NCBI GenBank assembly: GCA_963770835.1
Contig: CAVYRH010000011.1
Span: 160,001 to 224,000, forward strand
DNA: 64,000 nucleotides
Source of the DNA: an uncultured Pseudomonadota bacterium
GTDB lineage: Bacteria; Oederibacteriota; Muellerivitia; Muellerivitales; Muellerivitaceae
Reading direction: 5' to 3'
The notes under the pieces were generated by a model, which made no database searches, was not told where the DNA came from, and saw only the letters and a list, made by a program, of their open reading frames with translations. The translations under genes were made by a program, and so were the position numbers. This document shows positions 9,401 through 17,772 of the stretch, in pieces; the stretch's first letter is position 1, and each line of letters starts with the position of its first letter.

Positions 9401-10681
9401 CTAACCTCCGAAGAGGGTCATAAGCCGTCCTATGTTTTTAAGATAAGTGGGCACCACGTCCGCGCAAAGGATAAGAGAAGTTCCAGTGCGGTCCGTAAAA
9501 CGGGTGGCAATAGTCAGGCAAAATAGGCCCGTAGCAGGGGAAATATAGGGGTCGCTCGTGTAGGTATTACGGTCGTAACGGGCTTCCATGAGATTATAGT
9601 AATAATCCCGCATCGAATAATTGGTTCCCTTGGGGGGCAAGCGGAAAACGCCCTTCCGTGTCTTTTGAACCGTCTTGCAGGACATCAAGGTGACTTGAAT
9701 TCCCCTCTGGTCCAGGACGTAAATGGCCTCCGCAATAGGATGGCTTAAATGGATACTGCACAATTTCCCATCCATCTCCTCCAGGGTTAGAGTGGAAAGT
9801 TCGCTGATGAAAGCTTCCATCATTAGGCTGTAGCGCTCGTGCTGCATCTTGCGGATATTGAATTTGTCCACCATGCGTTGGCGGAATTTGTCGGCCACGG
9901 GGTCCATAATATTGGTGATGGCTCCCACGAAATCGACACTGGGCTCCTGGGGTTCGGAAATGTAATACCCTTGGAGAAGGTCAGCACCCAATTCCATAGT
10001 CTCCAGGGTCTCCTCCTCAGTCTCTACGCCTTCCGCCAGGACCAAAGCCCCGATCTTTTGGGACAAGCTCACCAAGGATTTAAAGACTTCCTGGCGATAA
10101 TAATCCTCCTGCAGGTTCATAACCAGGGAACGGTCAATCTTGAGAATGTCAGGTTGGATGATTGGAATTCGGTCCAAATTGGAATGCCCTTTACCGACAT
10201 CATCCAAGGCCACCAGAAAGCCGTTCTCGCGGTGGATTTGTACAAAACGTGCCAGGGCATCCACATTTTTAACTTTCGACTCCAGGATCTCAATCACGAT
10301 AACAGTCGGGTCCATATTCAACTGACGGCAAAGGTGTAGCAGGTTTAATGTACCCACTTCTTTGTCGATAACTGAGGTTTCGAAATTCAAGCTTAAAAGA
10401 AGTTCTTGCGGCCCGGGACAGCACTGTTTGAACGTTTCCAAGACTTTTTTGCGGAATAGGCGATCCAACTCAAGGGTCAGCCCAGCTTCCTTAGCGGTCT
10501 TAAGAAGCGCCAAGGGGGATATCAGTTTTCCTGAAAGTGGATGGATGCCCCTCGAAAGGCCTTCAAACCCGATAACCTTTTTTTCACGGATGGAAAGGAT
10601 TGGCTGGAAATGGACCTCGACCATTTCACGGTCAAGGATCGTTTTGAGGTCCAGTTCGCTGAAGTCGGCGGTGGAAAGCAA
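9401..10681 (-). CDS. EAL-domain c-di-GMP phosphodiesterase with C-terminal YkuI_C/PDC-like sensor domain
   Basis: FQPI, EGLSR, LSLN, EILE, ALDDVG, KIDR, AEGVE, LQGYY; the C-terminus has R.YY...SDPYIS.ATG..C.T. Confidence 0.9.
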   Translation of the reverse strand: MLSTADFSELDLKTILDREMVEVHFQPILSIREKKVIGFEGLSRGIHPLSGKLISPLALLKTAKEAGLTLELDRLFRKKVLETFKQCCPGPQELLLSLNFETSVIDKEVGTLNLLHLCRQLNMDPTVIVIEILESKVKNVDALARFVQIHRENGFLVALDDVGKGHSNLDRIPIIQPDILKIDRSLVMNLQEDYYRQEVFKSLVSLSQKIGALVLAEGVETEEETLETMELGADLLQGYYISEPQEPSVDFVGAITNIMDPVADKFRQRMVDKFNIRKMQHERYSLMMEAFISELSTLTLEEMDGKLCSIHLSHPIAEAIYVLDQRGIQVTLMSCKTVQKTRKGVFRLPPKGTNYSMRDYYYNLMEARYDRNTYTSDPYISPATGLFCLTIATRFTDRTGTSLILCADVVPTYLKNIGRLMTLFGG

Positions 10682-10920
10682 AATTCAGGCTCCTTAAGGA
10701 AAAATAGTAGGAAGAAATCGATAATAAAAAATTGTACCGTAAACTAGCGGTTAAGAGGTTACGGATTCGTATCAAGGCTTTCTTTTCCAAGTACTTTTTA
10801 TATAGCGAGGTTTAAGGGTCGGCCGGAACCCAATTTTCTCAGTGATTTAGACTTTTTTGCCTATATTTTTTCTGATTTTTGGTTTAGGACTACCCTTAAA
10901 AGAACAGCCAGCGGTCAGGG

Positions 10921-11688
10921 TTACTGGTTTTTGAGATTGAACGAAAAGGTGATGACCCCCGATTGGTCCTCTTGCGGTATGTTCGGGTCGAGGGGCTCGA
11001 ATTCCCATTGAACCATGGCGTCATAGACTGCCCGATCCAATTCACGGTAGCCGGAGGTTTGATCCAATTGAAGGTCGTCCTCACGCAAAAGACCGTTGGG
11101 TAGTACGGTTAAGCGGAACTTGACTGTAGCCTCGATACCTTGCTTTTTAGCCCAATCGGGATAGGCTGGATTCACTTGGTGTTTGATGGCGCGGGATGCC
11201 AATTCCCCCTCGATCGTGGGGCTTCCCTCGGGTGAACCCGCCACACCCGCATGACCCAGCCCGTTGGTGGTTTTAATCTGGGCCGTTACATCTTTTTTAT
11301 TCTCAAGGCCAATCGGGGCTTCATTGGTTAGATTTTCCAAATATTGCTCGGTGGGCGCGTTGCCGGAGTGGGTTTTGGGTTTGAGTGGTTGTTTCATAGC
11401 TACTTCCGACCGTTCCACGTTCGGAGGAGGCGGGTTCGTTCGGGTTTGACTCGTTGAACCGAACTCGCCATTGGTGGCGGCCAAGGGAAGCTGGTTGGGG
11501 GCTTCCCCGCTTTGAGCCGAAGGTGAACCCATGCCATAACCCTTGGACATCTGGCCGATGAGGGTCAATTGCATCATCAAGGGCGTGTTTACCACCAAAA
11601 AGGACCGGTAAATAAGAAAAAGGGCAAGCAATAGCAACCCATGAAAAAGGGTGGAATAAAGGATTGATTTTTGAAATTCCCGGTCCAT
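10921..11688 (-). CDS. tonB: TonB-family energy transducer
   Basis: N-terminal TM with S..FHG, Pro-rich spacer, C-terminal PAYPDWAKKQGIEATV...SGYRELDRA...WEFEP domain. Confidence 0.88.
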   Translation of the reverse strand: MDREFQKSILYSTLFHGLLLLALFLIYRSFLVVNTPLMMQLTLIGQMSKGYGMGSPSAQSGEAPNQLPLAATNGEFGSTSQTRTNPPPPNVERSEVAMKQPLKPKTHSGNAPTEQYLENLTNEAPIGLENKKDVTAQIKTTNGLGHAGVAGSPEGSPTIEGELASRAIKHQVNPAYPDWAKKQGIEATVKFRLTVLPNGLLREDDLQLDQTSGYRELDRAVYDAMVQWEFEPLDPNIPQEDQSGVITFSFNLKNQ

Positions 11689-11721
11689 GCGCGAAACCTT
11701 TATCAACAACAGAATCTTCGG

Positions 11722-12150
11722 CTAATTGGGCTTGGCTTGACTTCCGTTATCAAGTTCCACGGCAATTCCTACCTTGGTTACTCCCGCCAGGTAAGCCTTG
11801 GACATGACATCCGTCACCGTGCCATGGGAAACGTTCTTGTCCGCGTTAATCATAACGAGGGCCTGGGGTTTGACGCGCATGATCGCAGTCAATTGGGCAG
11901 TGAGGTCTTCCAAAGGCGTTTCCTTGTCGTTCAAGTAAACCTTCCCCCCTTGGGTCACTGTCAAGGTGACGGTCTCCGGCAGATTCGGTGACGGCGCGGC
12001 CACCTTAGGCAGTTTCACCTGGAAATCGCCTTGGAAAAGAAAGGGCGTTGTCACCATAAAGATAACCAACAACACCAGCACCACGTCGGTAAATGGAACC
12101 ATGTTGATTTCGGCCATGAGCTTTGTCGCGGGCCGCAAACGGCTTTGCAT
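11722..12150 (-). CDS. exbD: ExbD/TolR biopolymer transporter
   Basis: EINMVPFTDVVLVLLVIFMVTTP, V.LP, INADK.V.HG motifs. Confidence 0.93.
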   Translation of the reverse strand: MQSRLRPATKLMAEINMVPFTDVVLVLLVIFMVTTPFLFQGDFQVKLPKVAAPSPNLPETVTLTVTQGGKVYLNDKETPLEDLTAQLTAIMRVKPQALVMINADKNVSHGTVTDVMSKAYLAGVTKVGIAVELDNGSQAKPN

Positions 12151-12179
12151 AAGTCAGCCTCCAGTGAAAATGTGGAACT

Positions 12180-12794
12180 TTAACTTCCGATGCGCTCGGA
12201 CATTTCCGAAATGACGATTTCCGCTTCCTGGGACATGGCGTTTAGCCGGGCTTGAAACCAGTTGTAAATAAAGACCGCCGTAATGGCCACGAAAAGTCCC
12301 GTGGCGGTCGCCACCAGGGCTTCAGCGATGCCTTGGGACACCACCGCCGCGCCCCCGGCATTCGCCAGGGCGAGATCCCGGAAGGCGTGAATTATGCCCA
12401 AAACGGTGCCAAAAAGGCCCACAAATGGGGCGATGGAGCCAATGGTCGCCAGGAAGGGCAGGCGCTGTTCCAGCTTCAAAAGCTGAATCTTGGCTTCCCG
12501 TTCCATGCTTTCAGGAATATCCATCTTGTCGGACTTGGCCTTTAATCCGGCCCGGATGATTTTGGCCAGGAAAGAGCCGTTTCGGTCGCAGGCCTCTATG
12601 CATTCCTGGTAGTTGCGCTTGTTAAGGAAGGGTTCCAGGCCGGCCATGACCTCTTCCCGGCTTTTAAAATGGGCCTTGAAGTAGTTCCAACGCTCCCAGA
12701 GGACGGCGAAGACCACGATGGACATTAGCACTAAAAACCCAATGGTCCAGCCCCCTTTCAACATGACGGCGATCAACGAAAAATCTTGAGACAT
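12180..12794 (-). CDS. exbB: MotA/TolQ/ExbB proton channel
   Basis: LATIGSIAPFVGLFGTVLGII.AF and GIAEALVATATGL.VAI motifs. Confidence 0.93.
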   Translation of the reverse strand: MSQDFSLIAVMLKGGWTIGFLVLMSIVVFAVLWERWNYFKAHFKSREEVMAGLEPFLNKRNYQECIEACDRNGSFLAKIIRAGLKAKSDKMDIPESMEREAKIQLLKLEQRLPFLATIGSIAPFVGLFGTVLGIIHAFRDLALANAGGAAVVSQGIAEALVATATGLFVAITAVFIYNWFQARLNAMSQEAEIVISEMSERIGS

Positions 12795-12808
12795 TGAAAA
12801 CCTCCAGT

Positions 12809-14661
12809 TTAAAAAATAAGATCCACGCCCGCGCGAACATGGTATACGGGTTCCAGATAGCCAGGTTGAATATCAAAGGCTTGTCCCCAAAGATTATCCC
12901 CATTCAACCATAGGGAAAAAGTCTTGCTCAAATGGTAGGTGGCGTCAAGCCCCAAGGTGGCATAGGCCGGTAATGTGCCCGGTAATGACTCAAAAGCTTG
13001 CCGCTCCGAAACCATCTGAAGCTCCAACCGCGTTTCAAGTATTTCATCCCCCCGATAAACTGAGAGGATTCCGCGGTTCACGGGAAGGTTGGTCAGATTT
13101 TTTCCATCGCCGGTTTGGTTCAGCCCCTGCGTCCACTGGTAGGTGGCCGCGGCCTGCCAATCTTTCATGAAATTCCATTGCAAGTTGGCGGCAGCCTTGT
13201 TCAACATCACATGGGCAAGCGTGGAATAATTCTGGATGTAAACGGGATTGGAGGCGTTGATGTCCGTCCATTGGTGGTAACCTTGGATTTGAGCCGTGGA
13301 GGCAGAAAGGGATAAAAGGATAGCTTCCGTCAGTTTTTGTGTAAACCGGCCACCCCATTCATAGGTTACCTCGGTGGGAGAAGGAAAGCCGGTTTCCGGA
13401 CTGACGTGTTCCGCGCCCATGAAGGTCTTGTTGAAGCTTTCCACATAGCGGTCGGATTTCCAGTAAAGATTCAATTGGGTATTGCCGAAGACCCGCCACA
13501 GGAAATCTGCTTCCGGGTAGAGCTTCAAGGGTAAATTCAGGCCATCCCCTGCTTGGGCCTGCAGTTTAAGGGTAAGCCCCAAGTTTTCCCCGTCCTTGAA
13601 ATAGCCCTGCATCCCCAACCAACCCCAGTCATATCCCGTGGCCGCGGGTAAGACAAAATCCGAGGTCGAATGATTGACTCCCGAGTCCATTGAAAACCTG
13701 TTGAGGAAATCCCCCAAGTCGTCGGCGGTCAATCTTAAACCGTCCTTCCCATTCTTGGGTTTGATTGCCCATGGCCGATTGGTCCCAATAATGAAGGTAG
13801 GTGTCCTGGTTTGTGACGTTCAATTGGGACTGGACCAAGTCGGAGAATTTCCAATGCCCTTCCAAGTTCAAGTTGATTCCGTCGTGGGTCTCCCGAATGG
13901 AGTTTTGATAAGGCAGTTCGGCGTCCAGTCGCTTGAAATCGCCCGACAAAAGAAGGTTTTGGGGGGCCAATGGAAAAAGATTGATCTGCCCGCCGAAGCC
14001 GAACCGCTTGTCCCCGTCAAATCCTGAGGAAGTGGACTCCCCGCCCCAATTGGAATCAAAGCCTGACAGAAGGTATTGGAAATCCTTAAATTCCTGCCCA
14101 AAAAGTCCCCAACCACCATAGGTATCGGGCACTCCACCGCCCAAATGCAAAACCAAGGCCGTATCCTGGGAAGGGCCAGCTTCCTCAGTGGCGAGTGCCG
14201 TGAAAGTCTTACTCAGACCCGGAAGATCGTTGATATCCCTTTCCACACCCGTCAAATCGTGGCTGCCCATGGTGATGTCATTAGCCTTCTGGTCCAGTCT
14301 TTGCGCGCTGATGGTGAGTTCGTTTTCACCGGTGATGACCACTTCGGGCAGCGAGAATTCGGGTACGGCTGTTGGGCGGTTGGTAACCGGGGCTTTTTCC
14401 CCTTCTCCTTGGGAAGGCTTCACCCCAGCCGAAGGGACTTGGTTGGATTCAGTCGGCACGGCCTCAGGTTTTGAAAGGGTGACCGGGGCCTCGGAAACAG
14501 CCTGGTTAGGAGCGGATTCAGTCGAAAGATCCGTTCCCTGTAAGGCTGGCGCCGTCGAGGGAGTAGGTTGATCCTGGGCGAACGTAAAAGCAGGTAACGG
14601 CAAAGGTCAAAATGAGCAATCCACTTTCAATTCGGTGAAAGGTTTTGTATTTGGGAATCAC
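12809..14661 (-). CDS. TonB-dependent-receptor-like outer-membrane beta-barrel (~616 aa if repaired), interrupted by two +1 frameshifts near 14603 and 13732
   Basis: GTG at 14661 overlaps the TPR gene stop. The repaired protein has a signal peptide, TonB-box-like LPEVVITG, alternating beta-strand pattern, LPAYATLGL..Y...NGDNL near the end, and a terminal Phe. Covers ORFs 13629..14603 and 12809..13732. Confidence 0.75.
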
Positions 14662-17603
14662 GGGTCTTCCTCGGCAGCGGGTTTTGTGGTTTTCTTTTTA
14701 AGAAAAGGTTGAAGGGCCTTCAAACGCTTGTAAGTAGCCTCGCGATAGACCTTCACCTTGGTATATTTTAAAATTCGATGATATTCCTCCGCCGCTTTGG
14801 GATATTCCTTTTGTTCCTCGTAAGTCTCGGCGATCTTGGCGTAAGCTGTTACCACCCATTGATCCTCGGAAGGAAAAGCCGTAATGAGATGGTTGAATTC
14901 CTCCCGGGATTCTTCGTATTTTTTTTCTTTTTTCAACAGATCCGCGTGGTAATAGGAAGCCTCAACAGCCAAGTCCTTCTCAGTCGATTTCATAGTGATC
15001 TCATAGGCCGTCAAAGCCTCATCGTTTTTCCCTTCCTTTTCCAATAAGAGCCCGGCCTGCAGGCCGGCTTCCTGGGCCAGTGGATCGTTTCCATAATCCT
15101 TGAGAAGCTTTTGATAATATTCCAGCGCCTTATCAAGGTGTTTCAGCTGTTTTTCGCATACCGCGCTGTTGAAAAGGGCGTGGGTGGCCAATCGGTGGTC
15201 GGGATAGCGGGTGAAAATGCCGGTGTAGGCATCCAAGGCTTTCTGGTATTGTTCCGCTTCAAAATAAACCGAACCCAGGCTGAATTCCCCCTCTAGGGCC
15301 AACGGGTCACTGGAGTATTTGTCCACCAGCTCCTGGAAAACCGGCTCGGCCGCTTCCCCCTTGTCTTGCTTAACCAATGCCGTACCCATCCAGAAAAGGG
15401 CCCTGGGGGCTTCCGAACTGTCGGGGTATTTGGCCAGTAGATCCTTGTAGGCCCCAATGGCATCGTCATATTTTCCGTCGTGGAACAACCCTTCCGCCAT
15501 GCGGTATTGGACGGTGGAAGCAAAGGGACTAGTAGGGAATTTTTGAAGGAACTCCTTGGCCACATCGACGGAGGTGCCCTTTTCCCCCAATTTTTCCGCC
15601 GACCACTGGAGGCCGTAAAGGGCATCCGGCAAAAGTGGGCTTTGAGGGTAGGTGTCCAGGAAGCTTTGATAAGCTTTTTTGGAATCCTGGAACTTTTGGA
15701 GGTTGAAAAGACAATCGGCTTTCCGCAGGTGGGATTCGGGAGCCAAAGGGTCCTGGGGAAATTGGGCCTCTACTTTTTTAAACTCATCCGCCGCATCGTC
15801 GAAGTCCTTCTGACGGAAATAAGCCCAGGCCGTCCAGTAAAGCAGGCGGGATTGGCGGTCTTCCGTGCCCGGTTTTGGGATCAAGACGCCCCAAGTTTTA
15901 ACCGCTTCCGGAAATTTCTCTTGGCGGTAGGCGCACCAGCCCATTTGCTCCTGAGCATCCAGGTCACAGGGGGAAGGCGCGTGTTTTTCCACCAGGGGCC
16001 GGTAAGCGGCGTCGGCCTCGGCATATCTGTGGAGATTGTAATAGCAGTCGCCTACCCGTAGTTGGGCTTCAGCGCCAAGGGGCGAGGACACTCCTGCCTT
16101 GGCGGCCTTTTGGAAGGCGGGGAGCGCGTCCTCGTATTTTTCCTGTTGAAAATAGCTCCAGCCCAAACCTGAATTGCAGTTCACCGACATGGACTCGGAA
16201 GGATTGCTCCCCAGGGCTTTTTGGTAATAATCGACTGCGGTCGGGTAATCCTTTATTGCATAAGCCGCTTCGGCGACGGCCCAAAAGCTCCGGGTTTTCA
16301 GGTCGCCTTCCGCCGAGATCCCCGTTTCCTTGAATTCACCCAGGGCCAGTTCATAATGCCCTAGCGCGTAGTCACACCAACCCCGCCAGTAAGCCGAGTC
16401 CTGGCCCAATTCGCCTGGGGCCGCCTGGGCCAATTGGCCATACTGGGCCTTGGCATCCTCGTACTTCCCCGCCAGGTAATCACAGCCAGCCAACAAGTAA
16501 CCGGCGTCCCAGCGCAGTTCACTGTCTGGTGTGAAGCTCGACACTTTTGTGAAATGGCCAGCCGCGTCGTCATATTTTTGATTCGAGTAATCTAACCAGC
16601 CCAAGCCGTATTCAAGGAAGTCGGCGGGGGTTTTATTTTTAGCCAGGTCCAACCCTTTGCCATAATCCGTCCTGGCCGCATCGTAGTTTCCCGCGGCGTA
16701 GTCCTCGGTACCCCGCCTCACCGCCGCCCAGGGAGCGAGCGGATGATTCGGAAAATCCACAACGATTCGTCCAAAGTCCTTCAGGGCTTCCGCGTTGTTT
16801 TTTCGCTTTTCTTCCGTCCAACCCAGCCCATAAAGGGCAGGCACTTCCAGAAAATCTTTGGGATAGTTTTTAAGGAATTCCTCGTATCGCTCCTTGGCGT
16901 CGTCGTAATTCCCTAGACGAAATTGGGTTTCGGCCACCTGGAAGAGGGTAAGTTTCCTTAAGGTTTCGTCCTTGGAACCCGCCAATACCACGCCAAAACT
17001 TTCCAAGGCGCCCGAGTAGTCTTTTTGCTGATAAAAACACCAAGCCTGAAGGTACCGCACCAAGTCGGCGTAGCGATAGTGGGGGTCAAGCCCGGTAATT
17101 TTTCCATATTCACTTGCGGCGTCTTCGTATTGTTCCATTTGAAAATAGCATTCGGCTTCCCAGAAATAGAGGTCGCAAAGAGTATCAGATTCATACGCCC
17201 TTTTTTCCAATGCCTGAAACTTTCCGATGGACGACTTATAGTCCTTGAGGTAGACCAGGGCCACGGCGGACTTAAACTCCAGCCCTAAAGCGCCTGTGGA
17301 AAGGGGATTCAAACGGAGGGTCTGTTGGTAAGCTTGGTACGCGGCGGCATAATCCTTTTCGTGAAACTGAGTTTCACCGATAAGCCGCAAGGCCATGGCC
17401 TGTTCGGCCACGTTTTCGCTTTTTTCCTGGACCAAAAGGAAGCTTTCCATGGCCAAGTGGTAGGCACGGGCCTTCAAAAGTGCCCGCCCTTCGTCGGTTG
17501 GCGATGGCGGGCTGATGCCGGCAGAACGGGCAATCAAAGGGATGGCCGCGAGACAAAGAGCGGAAAAAAACCTTTGGAAGAAACGCCAAGGGTTAAAGTT
17601 CAT
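14658..17603 (-). CDS. Large exported tetratricopeptide-repeat protein (BamD/CpoB-type TPRs)
   Basis: Signal peptide followed by about 20 or more repeats of the type A.Y.LGW.YF...Y..A...F..L...YP. Confidence 0.9.
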   Translation of the reverse strand: MNFNPWRFFQRFFSALCLAAIPLIARSAGISPPSPTDEGRALLKARAYHLAMESFLLVQEKSENVAEQAMALRLIGETQFHEKDYAAAYQAYQQTLRLNPLSTGALGLEFKSAVALVYLKDYKSSIGKFQALEKRAYESDTLCDLYFWEAECYFQMEQYEDAASEYGKITGLDPHYRYADLVRYLQAWCFYQQKDYSGALESFGVVLAGSKDETLRKLTLFQVAETQFRLGNYDDAKERYEEFLKNYPKDFLEVPALYGLGWTEEKRKNNAEALKDFGRIVVDFPNHPLAPWAAVRRGTEDYAAGNYDAARTDYGKGLDLAKNKTPADFLEYGLGWLDYSNQKYDDAAGHFTKVSSFTPDSELRWDAGYLLAGCDYLAGKYEDAKAQYGQLAQAAPGELGQDSAYWRGWCDYALGHYELALGEFKETGISAEGDLKTRSFWAVAEAAYAIKDYPTAVDYYQKALGSNPSESMSVNCNSGLGWSYFQQEKYEDALPAFQKAAKAGVSSPLGAEAQLRVGDCYYNLHRYAEADAAYRPLVEKHAPSPCDLDAQEQMGWCAYRQEKFPEAVKTWGVLIPKPGTEDRQSRLLYWTAWAYFRQKDFDDAADEFKKVEAQFPQDPLAPESHLRKADCLFNLQKFQDSKKAYQSFLDTYPQSPLLPDALYGLQWSAEKLGEKGTSVDVAKEFLQKFPTSPFASTVQYRMAEGLFHDGKYDDAIGAYKDLLAKYPDSSEAPRALFWMGTALVKQDKGEAAEPVFQELVDKYSSDPLALEGEFSLGSVYFEAEQYQKALDAYTGIFTRYPDHRLATHALFNSAVCEKQLKHLDKALEYYQKLLKDYGNDPLAQEAGLQAGLLLEKEGKNDEALTAYEITMKSTEKDLAVEASYYHADLLKKEKKYEESREEFNHLITAFPSEDQWVVTAYAKIAETYEEQKEYPKAAEEYHRILKYTKVKVYREATYKRLKALQPFLKKKTTKPAAEEDP

Positions 17604-17651
17604 GGATGGGCATTTCCATTTTCTGAGGATTTCAATCTTGTGAGTTTAAAG

Positions 17652-17755
17652 AAGAACGAACCTCATCGCAAGACCACCTTTCGTCCAAAAGGCGGAATTC
17701 ACCACTGATATGACGGATTCGACCCGGCGGGAGCTTTTAAACCTGGGTCGTTCTT
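17652..17755 (-). ncRNA. Candidate structured RNA (three-way junction) in the 5' leader of the TPR/barrel/exbBD/tonB operon
   Basis: Abutting stems AAGAAC/GTTCTT, GACCC/GGGTC and GAATC/GGTTC, plus hairpin CCGCCTTTT-GGAC-GAAAGGTGG. G-U pairs favour the minus strand. No family recognised. Confidence 0.35.
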
Positions 17756-17772
17756 TCTAACGCGTTATAAGT

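Noticed and set aside
17622..17670. Fluoride-riboswitch-like string GCGATGAGGTTCG...TAAAC...CCTC on the minus strand
   Set aside because: P1 would be only 3 bp, the conserved CUGAUG/CUAAUG segment is missing, and the downstream genes are unrelated to fluoride.
17695..17725. tmRNA-like fragments (CACCA, GGATTCGAC) on the plus strand
   Set aside because: No GGGG acceptor start, T-arm or tag reading frame; no tmRNA is seen next to smpB either.
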